In this document: positions 42,641 to 52,598 of the stretch, piece by piece
How positions within the stretch are numbered: the first letter of the stretch is position 1
Layout of the letters: each line of letters begins with the position of its first letter
Assembly: GCA_027486105.1 (NCBI GenBank)
Contig: JAIXPV010000270.1
Span: forward strand, 1 to 53,011
Direction of reading: 5' to 3'
Source: Runella sp.
Lineage (GTDB): Bacteria > Bacteroidota > Bacteroidia > Cytophagales > Spirosomataceae
Length of the DNA stretch: 53,011 nt
Notes under the pieces: generated by a model
Database searches by the model: none
The model's input: only the letters and a program-made list of their open reading frames with translations
Told to the model about the DNA's origin: nothing
Position numbers and translations under genes: made by a program

Positions 42641-43165
42641 ATGAAGAATTGATTACGGTCTTACGGACTGCCCCTGTCCCTTGTTTTTGTAATGAGTATT
42701 TCCTGTCAGCGAGATGCTCCGCCCTCTTGCCTATTAGGGCAATTCCTATCAGATACTCATATATATTGCCCTACAGGAGAGCCACTTGTTCCCTATTCTA
42801 AATATTTAGCCTATCGACTTGAATTTCGAAAAGAGAAAAAAGGGTACATGACTTTTGCCATTTGCAATATGCGTACGGGTACAAGCAATCAATAACAAAT
42901 GAATTTTACCTACTCCACCTCGGGCAATAAAATCAGTATTGAAGTAGGGGAAATTTTTTATAAATATATAGTCAGTGGTAACGCAATAGGCGTAGGGTCT
43001 TTAACAGAAGAAGGCAAATCAGATATGAATAAAATGTACAACTTTTTCCCTGATACCAAAAGTATCGAACTGACCTATCAATGCACTGATAAGGGGTTGA
43101 CTTTTGAGACGGCTCTCTTAGGCAGTAAAAATTGGCAATCATACGATTTCACTACGCTGTATTGA
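42641..43165 (+). pseudogene. Lipoprotein pseudogene
   Basis: One frame from ATG 42641 (MKN*LRSYGLPLSLVFVMSISC) with in-frame stops at 42650 and 42893, joining ORFs 42692-42895 and 42899-43165. Confidence 0.6.
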
Positions 43166-43383
43166 CCATTTACAAAAAAATACATTGGTTAAAAGTCAGA
43201 GTTCGGTTGGCAGTATCTGAGGTTATACTAAGTAAATCAAGGCTTTAACTGACAAAAAGATTGAAACAACCTTGGTAAATCCAGAGATTAAAACTTTTTA
43301 TTACTAACTTTCTTGTGACTTACTTAATGAAAACTCATGTTTGGAACAATTCGTGAATTGAGGGAAACTTACCCAAGTCTTTG

Positions 43384-43427
43384 AGGGGTAACATTTCTGG
43401 AATGACCGTTGCAGAAGTGTTACCCCT
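43384..43427. promoter_or_regulatory. Inverted repeat, putative res site/operator of the resolvase
   Basis: AGGGGTAACATTTCTG-N12-CAGAAGTGTTACCCCT (1 mismatch), 16 bp before ATG 43444. Confidence 0.55.
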
Positions 43428-43443
43428 GTTGTATATTGCAGAC

Positions 43444-44127
43444 ATGAATTACATTTCATATATACGGGTAAGCACTAAAGGGCAGGAACGGAGCGGTTTA
43501 TCGTTTGAAGCTCAAAAAGCAATAATTGAACACTATGCACAAATTGACAAAGTTGAAATAGTTCGAGAGTTTATTGAAACAGAAAGCGGTAAAGACATCG
43601 AGAACCGCCCAATTCTTAAAGAGGCAATTCAATATGCATTAAAACATAGGTATATTTTAGTTGTTGCTAAGCTCGACCGCTTGAGCCGAGATGTTGAACA
43701 TATTTTTAAGATTCATAAAGAAATGGGTTCACTTTTAAAAAGTTGCGATTTGCCAACAACAGACGCGTTAACGCTATCAATATATGCTGGTATAGCCCAA
43801 AGGGAACGTGAACTGATTAGTATTCGTACTCGGCAAGCGTTACAAGCAAAAATAAGAGGTGGTGCCAAATTGGGTAAAATGTCAAATCTTACAGATAAAG
43901 GTCGAAGAGCAGGAACACTTGCACGTAGTTATAAAGCTCAAAGCAATCAAAATAATCAACGAGCAAAAGCATTTGTGCATATTTGTAGACAGAAAGGAAT
44001 GAGTCTTGCTGAAATTGCAGAGCAATTAAATAGTAATGGATTTAGTACTGCTACAGGTAAAAAATTTAAAAAAATGACAGTATCAAGAATTTTATCAGGC
44101 CTTGATATTAAGACTTTCAAACCCTAA
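43444..44127 (+). CDS. Serine recombinase (resolvase family)
   Basis: Motifs YISYIRVSTKGQ, ETESGK, AKLDRLSR, AQRERELISIRT. Confidence 0.92.
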   Translation: MNYISYIRVSTKGQERSGLSFEAQKAIIEHYAQIDKVEIVREFIETESGKDIENRPILKEAIQYALKHRYILVVAKLDRLSRDVEHIFKIHKEMGSLLKSCDLPTTDALTLSIYAGIAQRERELISIRTRQALQAKIRGGAKLGKMSNLTDKGRRAGTLARSYKAQSNQNNQRAKAFVHICRQKGMSLAEIAEQLNSNGFSTATGKKFKKMTVSRILSGLDIKTFKP

Positions 44128-44135
44128 AAAACTTA

Positions 44136-45506
44136 ATGGATTTATTAAGAATAGATGCAGGTAACAGGTTTGATGAACAATTAGATAAACTTTATAAAGA
44201 TTATCAGACTCATAATGAACCGATTGAATTTAGTTTCCGTAAAGCAGTACCGTACCTAACAAAAGCTGATATTGCCACTCATCTAATACATCCATATCCT
44301 GCAAAATTATTGACGCATATTCCCCATTTTTTCTTAAATAATGAGTTTATCTCACAAAAGGGAGACTTGGGACTTGACCCCTTTTGTGGATCAGGAACAG
44401 TTTTATTAGAATCTTTATTAGCTGGCAGGAATTGCTATGGCGCTGACGCAAATCCATTAGCACAGTTAATATCTCAAGTAAAAACATCATATTTAAATGT
44501 TGAGTTATTGAACCTACATTTATCGGAAATAAAAGAATACTACTTAAATAATGAAAATTTACATACTCCCAAAGTAGTGAATATAGATCTTTGGTTTTCA
44601 AAAAGAATCCAAAATGAACTATCCAGATTACTTGGAGCTATACGTACAATAAAAGATATCAATTATTATAATTTTTTTTTAATTTGCTTTTCAGTTTGTG
44701 TTAGGAAGGTAAGTAATGCAGATCCACGGGTGTCAGTACCTGTAAAGTTAAAACTGAATCGTTATGATAACCATCAAATTCTTAAAAATAAAGCCAGTCA
44801 AAATATTGAAGATGTTTTTAATGTTAATGTTTTAGATAAATTTTTTGAAATTGTAGGAATGAATATTAAGAGAGTAGATAATTTAAATCAATTAAATAAA
44901 TATAAAAATAAAGCTCATATTATTAGTAATGATGCTAGAAATTTGACCGAAAATTTTAATTCAACAACGCTATTACCTTCAGAAAGCATTGATTATATTA
45001 TTACATCACCACCCTATGCTGGTGCTCAAAAGTATATAAGAGCATCAAGCTTAAGTTTATGTTGGACTGAATTGATTGAGCCGATGCTTTTGAAAGAATT
45101 AAATAGTAAAAACATTGGAAGAGAAAATTACGTAAAAGCTGAATATATTGAATTCATACCTACAGGCATCATAGAAGCGGATCAAATGCTTGAAGAAATA
45201 TATAGATATTATCCATTGAGATCTCACATTGCAGGTAATTATCTCAGAGAAATGTGTATTGCTTTCACTGAGATAGCCCGTGTACTTAAAAAAGGAAAAT
45301 ATTTTGTTTTAGTAGCTGCAAATAATCAGGTTTGTGGTAGAGATTTTCCTACTCAAAATTACCTCAAAATTATAGCTCAGAAACTAGGATTTAGTGTTGA
45401 GATAGAATTGATAGATGAAATACATTCTTATGGGTTGATGACGAAAAGAAATAAAACAGCGAATGTTATTACTCGGGAATGGATTACTGTATTTAAAAAA
45501 CAATAA
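44136..45506 (+). CDS. DNA methyltransferase (amino-MTase; SPPY suggests N4-cytosine)
   Basis: HPYPAK and DPFCGSGT (motif I) precede ITSPPY (motif IV); ARVLKKGKY. Confidence 0.9.
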   Translation: MDLLRIDAGNRFDEQLDKLYKDYQTHNEPIEFSFRKAVPYLTKADIATHLIHPYPAKLLTHIPHFFLNNEFISQKGDLGLDPFCGSGTVLLESLLAGRNCYGADANPLAQLISQVKTSYLNVELLNLHLSEIKEYYLNNENLHTPKVVNIDLWFSKRIQNELSRLLGAIRTIKDINYYNFFLICFSVCVRKVSNADPRVSVPVKLKLNRYDNHQILKNKASQNIEDVFNVNVLDKFFEIVGMNIKRVDNLNQLNKYKNKAHIISNDARNLTENFNSTTLLPSESIDYIITSPPYAGAQKYIRASSLSLCWTELIEPMLLKELNSKNIGRENYVKAEYIEFIPTGIIEADQMLEEIYRYYPLRSHIAGNYLREMCIAFTEIARVLKKGKYFVLVAANNQVCGRDFPTQNYLKIIAQKLGFSVEIELIDEIHSYGLMTKRNKTANVITREWITVFKKQ

Positions 45507-45507
45507 T

Positions 45508-46503
45508 ATGATGAAAGAAGAGTTCTTAGATAAAACTTATGAAAAAATTAGGATTCTTAATGAAACTGTCTGGGAATATAAAGCAGACAAAAAAAAGATA
45601 ACTAAATGGCTCGCCAATTTCGCGGATGAAGATGAACAATTACATGCTTTGTACTTAGTATCTCAATTTATGTACTTTGGAAGTCTCCAAATGAGAGAAC
45701 TTTTAAAAGGCTTGTATAGAGATTTATATAAATACAGAATTATTGAAGAAATAAGGAAAAAAAACAGCGATACTACTGATTTAGATTTTATAAACGTATC
45801 CTTTGAAAAACTCCTAAGAAAAACACGTTTCTTAGGAGTTGGTAATCCTTCAGAGAGTGGCACACATCTTTTATATTTTTTTAGGCAAGAAAATAAATTA
45901 CCTAAGAGTCTATTTATCAATTCCAATGAAGTTATTGATAGAAAACCTGGAGAGCCTGATAAACTTCATTTCCCAGACGTAGAAGAATATATTTTTTTTG
46001 ATGATTTTTGCGGCTCCGGTACCCAAGCAATAGCATACTCTGAATCAATTTTGACTGAGATTAAATTAATAAATCCCAACGTGAAAGCATCCTACCTGAT
46101 GCTATTTGCAACTAAGACAGGAAAAAGAAATGTTATTGATAATACAAAATTTGATTATGTAGAGTCGGTTTTTGAATTAGACGAATCTTTTAAGTGTTTC
46201 GATGGTCAATCTCGATACTTTCATACAGATAATACTCCTACATTTATCAATAAAAATTTCGCTGAAAATTTTTGTGGTAATATTGGTAATTCTATGATGG
46301 AAGTTTTTTTTAAAAAAGAAGGCGTATCTCTAAGCAAAATACCAGTTTATGCCAATGACAATAAATTAGGGTTTGGAGACTGTCAACTTTTAATAGGATT
46401 TTATCATAATACGCCTGATAATACATTGCCTATTTTTTGGTGGGATGAAGAAGAACCTATTTGGTACCCTATTTTTAAACGCTATAACAAAATATATCAA
46501 TGA
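45508..46503 (+). CDS. Phosphoribosyltransferase-fold protein (conflict-system type)
   Basis: PRPP-binding loop IFFDDFCGSGTQ, SESG, LGFGDCQ, HNTPDNTLPIFW, W.PIFKR. Confidence 0.8.
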   Translation: MMKEEFLDKTYEKIRILNETVWEYKADKKKITKWLANFADEDEQLHALYLVSQFMYFGSLQMRELLKGLYRDLYKYRIIEEIRKKNSDTTDLDFINVSFEKLLRKTRFLGVGNPSESGTHLLYFFRQENKLPKSLFINSNEVIDRKPGEPDKLHFPDVEEYIFFDDFCGSGTQAIAYSESILTEIKLINPNVKASYLMLFATKTGKRNVIDNTKFDYVESVFELDESFKCFDGQSRYFHTDNTPTFINKNFAENFCGNIGNSMMEVFFKKEGVSLSKIPVYANDNKLGFGDCQLLIGFYHNTPDNTLPIFWWDEEEPIWYPIFKRYNKIYQ

Positions 46504-48497
46504 ATCAGTCCATTGCTTTTAATCCATTTAATATTACAAAGGCAGTTGATTACACAGACGCTCAAATTAACCAAGCTTGGGTAGATTTGCCGACTGAAAA
46601 TGGGAAATTTACTGATATAGTTAAGCCTACGATGTCTATGCCAATGATTATCTTGGGCGGAAAAGGGAGCGGAAAAACACATATAATGCGATATTTTTCA
46701 TATGCATTACAGAAAATAAGATATGGTGATACACTTAAGGAAGCTCTTAACAATGATAGATATATAGGTATATATATGCGTTGTGGTGGTTTAAATGCAA
46801 AACGCTTTTTAGGAAAAGGAGTTAATTCAGATCAGTGGCTACAAATATTTAGTTATTATATGGAATTATGGCTTTCCCAATTAGTTCTAGATGCATTAAT
46901 CGATATATTACCACATTTAGAAGGAGAAAATTTCTCTGAACATGAATTTGTGGATTTGTTACTAGAATTAATAGATAAACCAATTTTTTTAGAGCAAAGA
47001 ACTTTAAAAAATTTTAAATTGTTTCTAAATATTGCACAAAAAAGACTAGACTATGAAATTAACCAGCTTTCACTTTCTAGAAATAATATATCTGAAAAAA
47101 TAGAAATATTAGTTTCTCCTGGCAAACTAATATTTGGTATTCCAAAAATAATTGAAACAAAGGTGCCTTTCTTTAATAATTTCCAAATACTATATTTAAT
47201 AGATGAGTATGAAAACTTAGAAGAATACCACCAGAAATATTTTAATACCCTTATAAGAGAAAGAGAATCACCTGCTACATTTCGAGTTGGTGTAAGATTA
47301 TATGGAGTAAGAACATTTGAAACTTATAGTGCTAATGAGTCAATTAAGGAAGGTTCAGAATATGAATTATTTGACATTGATTCTTTTTTGAGGAGTAGTA
47401 ATAGGTACTCTAAATATATGGAAGACATTTGCTACAAACGTCTTGAATTGAGCGGATATTCAATTTATCGTAAAAATTTAAAAGATTATTTTGAGGAATT
47501 TTCAATTGAAAATTTAAATCATGAGTTGGCTAGCATTAACCAAAAGCATGAGTTAAATCATTTTATTAAATTAAAATCAAAGAAAAAACAAAAAAAATAT
47601 AAAGATAGTTTTATTGATGAAGTTGTAAAAAACCTGACTTTTAAAAATGATTATTTGTTAGAGCGTACAAATGTGTTCTTGTTTTATAGATCTTGGAAAG
47701 AAAATAATACTTTAAAATATTTACTTAAAGCTTCATTGGATATCAAGAAAGATTGTAGTGTATTTTATAGTAATTCTGAGATTGAAAAAACAAGACATTA
47801 TACTGTTTTAGAAAAATTTAGAAACGATTTAGTTGACCAGCTTTGTCGAGAAAACAATATTGATTTACCCTATTATGGGTTTGAAAATTTTATTGCAATG
47901 TCATCTGGGATACCCCGTGTTTTACTCAAGACGTTGAAAGAGATATTTAAGCAATCTTATTTTAATGGAGAAAAACCTTTTATTGAAGGTAAAATAAGTA
48001 AAAAATCTCAAATTAAAGGCCTCAAAATATCAACTGACTGGTTTATAGACGATGCTCCTCCAACTGGGAATAAGTTACTAAGAACTTCATTAATTAATAT
48101 CGGAGATTTTCTAAGAGAAATTAAATTTTCAGATTTACCACCAGAATGTTCTATCTCAATATTTAGTATTAATAATTCTTATATTAGTGATTCAGCAGCA
48201 TTAGTTCTAAGATTATTAACAAATTATTCTTATATTATTTTAGTTCCTGAGAGAAGAGAAAAAAATGGCAATTCAATTAATAGAACTTATCAAATAAATG
48301 GAATAATTGCTCCAAAGTGGGAGTTGTCCATAAACAGGCGAGGAGTGATTCCTCTTAACCGAGATGAAGTAGATACTATTTTCGGTGAAGCTACTGAAAA
48401 ATTTGATGAAATCATTGAGAGAAGAAGAAAAAAATATAATCATCCCCTTACTGAGAATTCTAATACACTTCCCCTTTTTGAAGATGAACTTAATTGA
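46500..48497 (+). CDS. Large P-loop ATPase (ORC/CDC6-like)
   Basis: N-terminal NPF, Walker A GGKGSGKT, Walker B YLIDEYENL, SSGIPR. ATGA overlap with the PRTase gene. Confidence 0.8.
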   Translation: MNQSIAFNPFNITKAVDYTDAQINQAWVDLPTENGKFTDIVKPTMSMPMIILGGKGSGKTHIMRYFSYALQKIRYGDTLKEALNNDRYIGIYMRCGGLNAKRFLGKGVNSDQWLQIFSYYMELWLSQLVLDALIDILPHLEGENFSEHEFVDLLLELIDKPIFLEQRTLKNFKLFLNIAQKRLDYEINQLSLSRNNISEKIEILVSPGKLIFGIPKIIETKVPFFNNFQILYLIDEYENLEEYHQKYFNTLIRERESPATFRVGVRLYGVRTFETYSANESIKEGSEYELFDIDSFLRSSNRYSKYMEDICYKRLELSGYSIYRKNLKDYFEEFSIENLNHELASINQKHELNHFIKLKSKKKQKKYKDSFIDEVVKNLTFKNDYLLERTNVFLFYRSWKENNTLKYLLKASLDIKKDCSVFYSNSEIEKTRHYTVLEKFRNDLVDQLCRENNIDLPYYGFENFIAMSSGIPRVLLKTLKEIFKQSYFNGEKPFIEGKISKKSQIKGLKISTDWFIDDAPPTGNKLLRTSLINIGDFLREIKFSDLPPECSISIFSINNSYISDSAALVLRLLTNYSYIILVPERREKNGNSINRTYQINGIIAPKWELSINRRGVIPLNRDEVDTIFGEATEKFDEIIERRRKKYNHPLTENSNTLPLFEDELN

Positions 48498-49497
48498 CTA
48501 TTCTATTTTCTATAAAAGAAAGTACTTAACACCGGACGAATTACCTAAAGACTCCTATGATGTATTTATTTCTGCATTTAATGATAGTGAACGTGTAAAA
48601 TCAGTCTTTGAAAAAGTCCAAGCTAGTAGTAAGCACTGGTTGATTTTGCCTGAATACCAATATACTCCTGCGGAGTATCCTGTAACAGGCATTATTTACA
48701 TTTCTCCAATCAATAAAACTGAAGATGAAGCTATCTTCAGTTTTATTGATTCATTAGGAATTGACTTTACTAAATCCAAAATTTGTATTGATATTACAGG
48801 GTTCGTAAGACCTCACCTGGTATATTTAGTTAGATATTTTATTGATTTGCCTATAGATAAAGTTGATTTTATATATACAGATCCAGTGACATATGTCAAA
48901 AAAGAGAATACTCCTTTTTCTGATGAATATGTAGAAGTTCGCCAAATAGCAGGATGTCAAGGATTACATAATCCTGAAACATCTAATGACTTTCTTATTA
49001 TTGGCTCAGGTTATGATAATAGACGTATTAGTGACATTGCAAAACATAAAGATAAAACGATCAAAGTTCAGGTTTTTGGTTTTCCATCTTTGCAACCAGA
49101 TATGTACCAGGAAAATATTCTTAAAGCATATCTTGCAGAAGAAGCCTCTGCTGATGGAAGGCAATCCTTAATAGATCCTGATTATACAATTTTTGCTCCT
49201 GCAAATGATCCGTTTATCACAGCTAATCTATTGCAAAGCTTTATTTCTAAAGAGAACATAAAGCAACAAATTACAAATCTTTATCTTTCACCAATGGCGA
49301 CTAAAGCTCAAACTTTAGGCTTTGCTTTATTTTATGTTACTGAATGTTTAGAATATCCAGTAAGTATGATATTTCCCTTTTGCAATCATTATTCTAGAGA
49401 AACTACAAAAGGGATTTCTAAAATATGGAAGTATACTCTGGAGTTTAATGAGCTGAGAAAGGCTCAGTTTAAAAAAAATAGTTGCTTTGTAATTTGA
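48484..49497 (+). CDS. Uncharacterised alpha/beta protein, possibly tandem CARF-like Rossmann folds
   Basis: Motifs ICIDITGF, FIYTDPVTY, LIIGSGYD, YLSPMATKAQTLG. ATG 48484 overlaps the ATPase end by 14 nt. The fold call is inference. Confidence 0.65.
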   Translation: MNLIDYSIFYKRKYLTPDELPKDSYDVFISAFNDSERVKSVFEKVQASSKHWLILPEYQYTPAEYPVTGIIYISPINKTEDEAIFSFIDSLGIDFTKSKICIDITGFVRPHLVYLVRYFIDLPIDKVDFIYTDPVTYVKKENTPFSDEYVEVRQIAGCQGLHNPETSNDFLIIGSGYDNRRISDIAKHKDKTIKVQVFGFPSLQPDMYQENILKAYLAEEASADGRQSLIDPDYTIFAPANDPFITANLLQSFISKENIKQQITNLYLSPMATKAQTLGFALFYVTECLEYPVSMIFPFCNHYSRETTKGISKIWKYTLEFNELRKAQFKKNSCFVI

Positions 49498-49525
49498 TAA
49501 AATGCTTGAGTACTAATTCATAGTT

Positions 49526-50749
49526 ATGAGTAATACAAATCAATCAATTACTATTTTTATTTCCTATTGTCATAGGGACAAATCAATAGCAGAAAAAATA
49601 GATAAAGATTTAAACCGAATAGGAATAAGCATTATAAGAGATTATCATGAATTGAAATATACAGACAGTATTAGTGAATTTATGCATAAAATTCGCAGAG
49701 CTGACTTTGCTTTATTGCTTATTAGTGATGATTATTTAAAATCGAAAAACTGCCTTTATGAGGTTGGACAACTTTTAAAGGAAGAGAATGTATGGAAAAA
49801 AATTCTACCCGTTATAGCAGATAAAACTAATATTTACGATGCGGCCAGTAGAATTTACTACATTAAATATTGGCAAGATCAAGAAAAAAAGCTAAAGAAT
49901 TTATTGTCAGATGTAGATATTATAAATGCACTACCCTCTTTTAATGAATTAAAAACTATTGGTACGTATGCTGGGTTTATTGATGAATTTTTGTCTAAAA
50001 TTGTAGATATGTTGCACGTTGACTTTCAGACATTAGTTGAGAATCAATATAGACCTTTATTTAGTAAAATAGGCGTCGATGATATTACTTATTTGGTTGA
50101 ATTAATAAATATATCTAAGATTGATAATCTAAGAATTAAGGATATTGCTTTAGAAGAATATCAAAATAAATTTGGAGTAAATACTTATTTGTTTTGTATG
50201 AAAGGTAAATTAGAAAGTGATTTGGGTAGGATAGATAAAGCTAGATATTATTATAATAAATCTCTTGAGTATGATTCTAATAACACAGATGCTTTAAACA
50301 ATTTAGGGTTTTTGTTTCATTATTTTTTTAATGATTTAGTTGAAGCGGAAAAATTATATAAAAAAGCTTTAAATATTAACCCTGATTTTATTACTACATT
50401 ATTAAATTTAGGAGTATTGTATAGAAACACGGAAAGAGTTGATTTAGCAATTATTTGTTTTAAAAAGGTTTTAAAATTAGATTCCACTAATTGTAAAGCT
50501 CACCAAAATCTCGCAAATATATATAGTATTGAAAAACTTGACCTTGAGAAGGCTGAAATGCACTATAAAAAGGCTATGAAATACGATTCAACTAATATTG
50601 AAGTGTTAATATGGTACGCTAATTTTTTAAAAGTTCATAGAAAGAAAATAGAAGAGGGTAATAGACTTTATAAGAAAGCCAAATCATACGATAAAGCAGG
50701 AAAGTACACTACGTTCATTGATACTATGTTAAAATCACATAAAGGCTAA
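49526..50749 (+). CDS. TIR domain plus TPR-repeat protein
   Basis: IFISYCHRD, LLISDDYLKSKNCLYEV (catalytic Glu position), and about 5 TPRs (ALNNLG, LLNLGVLY, AHQNLA). Confidence 0.88.
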   Translation: MSNTNQSITIFISYCHRDKSIAEKIDKDLNRIGISIIRDYHELKYTDSISEFMHKIRRADFALLLISDDYLKSKNCLYEVGQLLKEENVWKKILPVIADKTNIYDAASRIYYIKYWQDQEKKLKNLLSDVDIINALPSFNELKTIGTYAGFIDEFLSKIVDMLHVDFQTLVENQYRPLFSKIGVDDITYLVELINISKIDNLRIKDIALEEYQNKFGVNTYLFCMKGKLESDLGRIDKARYYYNKSLEYDSNNTDALNNLGFLFHYFFNDLVEAEKLYKKALNINPDFITTLLNLGVLYRNTERVDLAIICFKKVLKLDSTNCKAHQNLANIYSIEKLDLEKAEMHYKKAMKYDSTNIEVLIWYANFLKVHRKKIEEGNRLYKKAKSYDKAGKYTTFIDTMLKSHKG

Positions 50750-51021
50750 ATAAGATCAAATATAACTGAAGACTTATTTAACTACAACTTATTATCGTTA
50801 TGTTTTACCTTTATTTGATTAATTAAATTTATTCTCTTTGTGGCCGTTTAAAAACGAGCGTTCGTAAAATGCCACAAAAGCGGTAAACGCCTGAAAAATG
50901 TCTCAGTAACTCGTACAAAAACACAAAACCGAACTCTAATAATTGAGATAATGAAATGAGACATTTCTGAAGGATTATTCAGAGGTGTTTTCGGGATTGG
51001 CTCTGGTCTCACAGAACCCCC

Positions 51022-51126
51022 GTGGCTGTTGCACAACTCTAACTATACCAAAAGCGGCTGAACAGGTAGAGTTTTTGTATCTTTAGCTATGCAAGGCAAA
51101 AAATACGAACGCGAAAATGTAAATTC
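51022..51126 (+). mobile_element. Left end and first codons of the IS1182-family element interrupted by IS3
   Basis: Putative IR GTGGCTGTTGCACAAC at 51022. ATG 51089 reads MQGKKYERENVN and joins in frame with position 83 onward. Confidence 0.72.
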
Positions 51127-52399
51127 TACTGTGCTCCCCAATTGTTGGACAGTTTTGGGGCTAAATTAAGATGGAACTAACCATCCTATTAATTGTACTT
51201 TTTTTCTAACGGATATACCATTGAGCTGGCGTTTGATAATCCAACGATTGATGTTTCCGCTGGTAATTATACATTTCAAAATACTTAGTCAAGCCTCGGT
51301 GTAATGTCAATCCGTCAGAGTAAGCATGTAAATATACATGTTCATATTTAACTGTGCGCCATAACCGTTCCACAAAAATATTATCCAGAGCGCGTCCCTT
51401 AGAGTCCATACTGATCTGTATTTCAGCAGCTTTTAAGGGAGCCAGAAAGCGCGGGCTCGTAAACTGACTTCCTTGATCCGTATTAAATATTCGGGGTTTC
51501 CCCCATCGGTCAAGTGCTTCCTGTAAGGCATCAATACAGAAATCGACCAGTAGCGTGTTCGACAGCCGCCAGCTTAGAACAAATCTGCTGTACCAGTCAA
51601 TAACTGCGCATAGATATAGAAATCCGGTAGCCATCGGAATGTAGGTTATATCTGTTGACCAAACATGGTTTCTGGCTTCAATGGAAATGTTCCGCAGCAG
51701 ATAAGGATAAATTTGATGTCCTTCCATCGGTTTAGATAAGTTAGGCTTAGGATAAACGGCTTCTAATCCCATTAAACGCATCAAACGACGTATTCGCTTA
51801 ACATTTAAAGGCTTATCCACACTTGTTAACTCTTGATGCATTCGTCGGACACCCAGTTCTGGCCGGTCAGTAAAGAATTTATCGATTCGTGCCATTAACG
51901 CCAGATTTTCAGTTGATTCTCCAATGGGTTGATAGTAATAAGTAGAACGGGACAGACTCAACAATTCACATTGTTGGTAAATACTTAATTGGGCATGAGC
52001 CGGGTCAATTAAACGTCGCCGATTACCTACTAATTCGTCCGTAATTTTTTTTTGAGGTAATCGTTTTCCACCTTTAGCTGACCAATCTGTTGAAATAAGG
52101 GGGCTTCTATTTCTTCCCGATCTTGGGCAGACAAGCCCGAAGTTGTTTGACCGTTGAATAGCGTTGGCAGTCCTTCCAAGACCTGCTGTTTCCAGCTGGT
52201 AATTTGGGTGGCATGGATGCCATAGTCGCTGCTGAGCTGGGCAAGTGTTTTGTGCCCTTTGAGAGCTTCCAGCACTACTTTGATCTTGAATTGTGCGTCG
52301 TGAACGCGGCGAGTTGATTTGGCCATAATTGAACATTTCGTAGGTCTAAGTTAAATGATTTTACTTATTTCTACTGTCCAGTTTTTGGGGAGCACTATA
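51127..52399 (-). mobile_element. Complete IS3-family insertion sequence (1273 bp)
   Basis: Imperfect IRs TACTGTGCTCCCCAATTGTTGGACAG and TATAGTGCTCCCCAAAAACTGGACAG; orfA/orfB arrangement. Confidence 0.93.
51206..52326 (-). CDS. IS3 transposase OrfAB (orfA 52030-52326; -1 frameshift into orfB)
   Basis: OrfA HTH/leucine zipper; A9 slippery run at 52045-52053; DDE motifs WSTDITY, FNTDQGSQF, DNIFVERLWRTVKYE. Confidence 0.93.
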
Positions 52400-52598
52400 G
52401 TATTCCCCTTTTTACTTACGACCAAGTAACCGTGATGCGTTCTTTTATAGAGTACGGTCTTGGTATTCCAACACCACGGAATAGAAAAAAAAGTGGTGGC
52501 AGAACTGGCGTAGATGATAACACAAGATATTTTGGACAGCCCAATGTAATTAATTGTGACGGTTTGCATTAAGGCTTGATTTTCAACAACTTTGCTTC

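Noticed and set aside
43381-43443. N-terminal extension of the resolvase from TTG 43381
   Set aside because: It overlaps the inverted repeat/promoter, and the family motif begins at ATG 43444.
50850-50940. Possible res/invertase site (ACGAGCGTTCGT) after the TIR-TPR gene
   Set aside because: Short imperfect palindrome with no matching partner site found by eye.
80-51126. Classical composite transposon, ICE or prophage
   Set aside because: The target duplication is on the inner flanks and a gene is split across the junctions, which indicates an opened circle. No integrase, T4SS or phage structural genes are seen.
51206-52336. 376-aa ORF as a stand-alone transposase
   Set aside because: Its N-terminal part is the alternative frame over orfA. 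The real product is most likely the OrfAB frameshift fusion.
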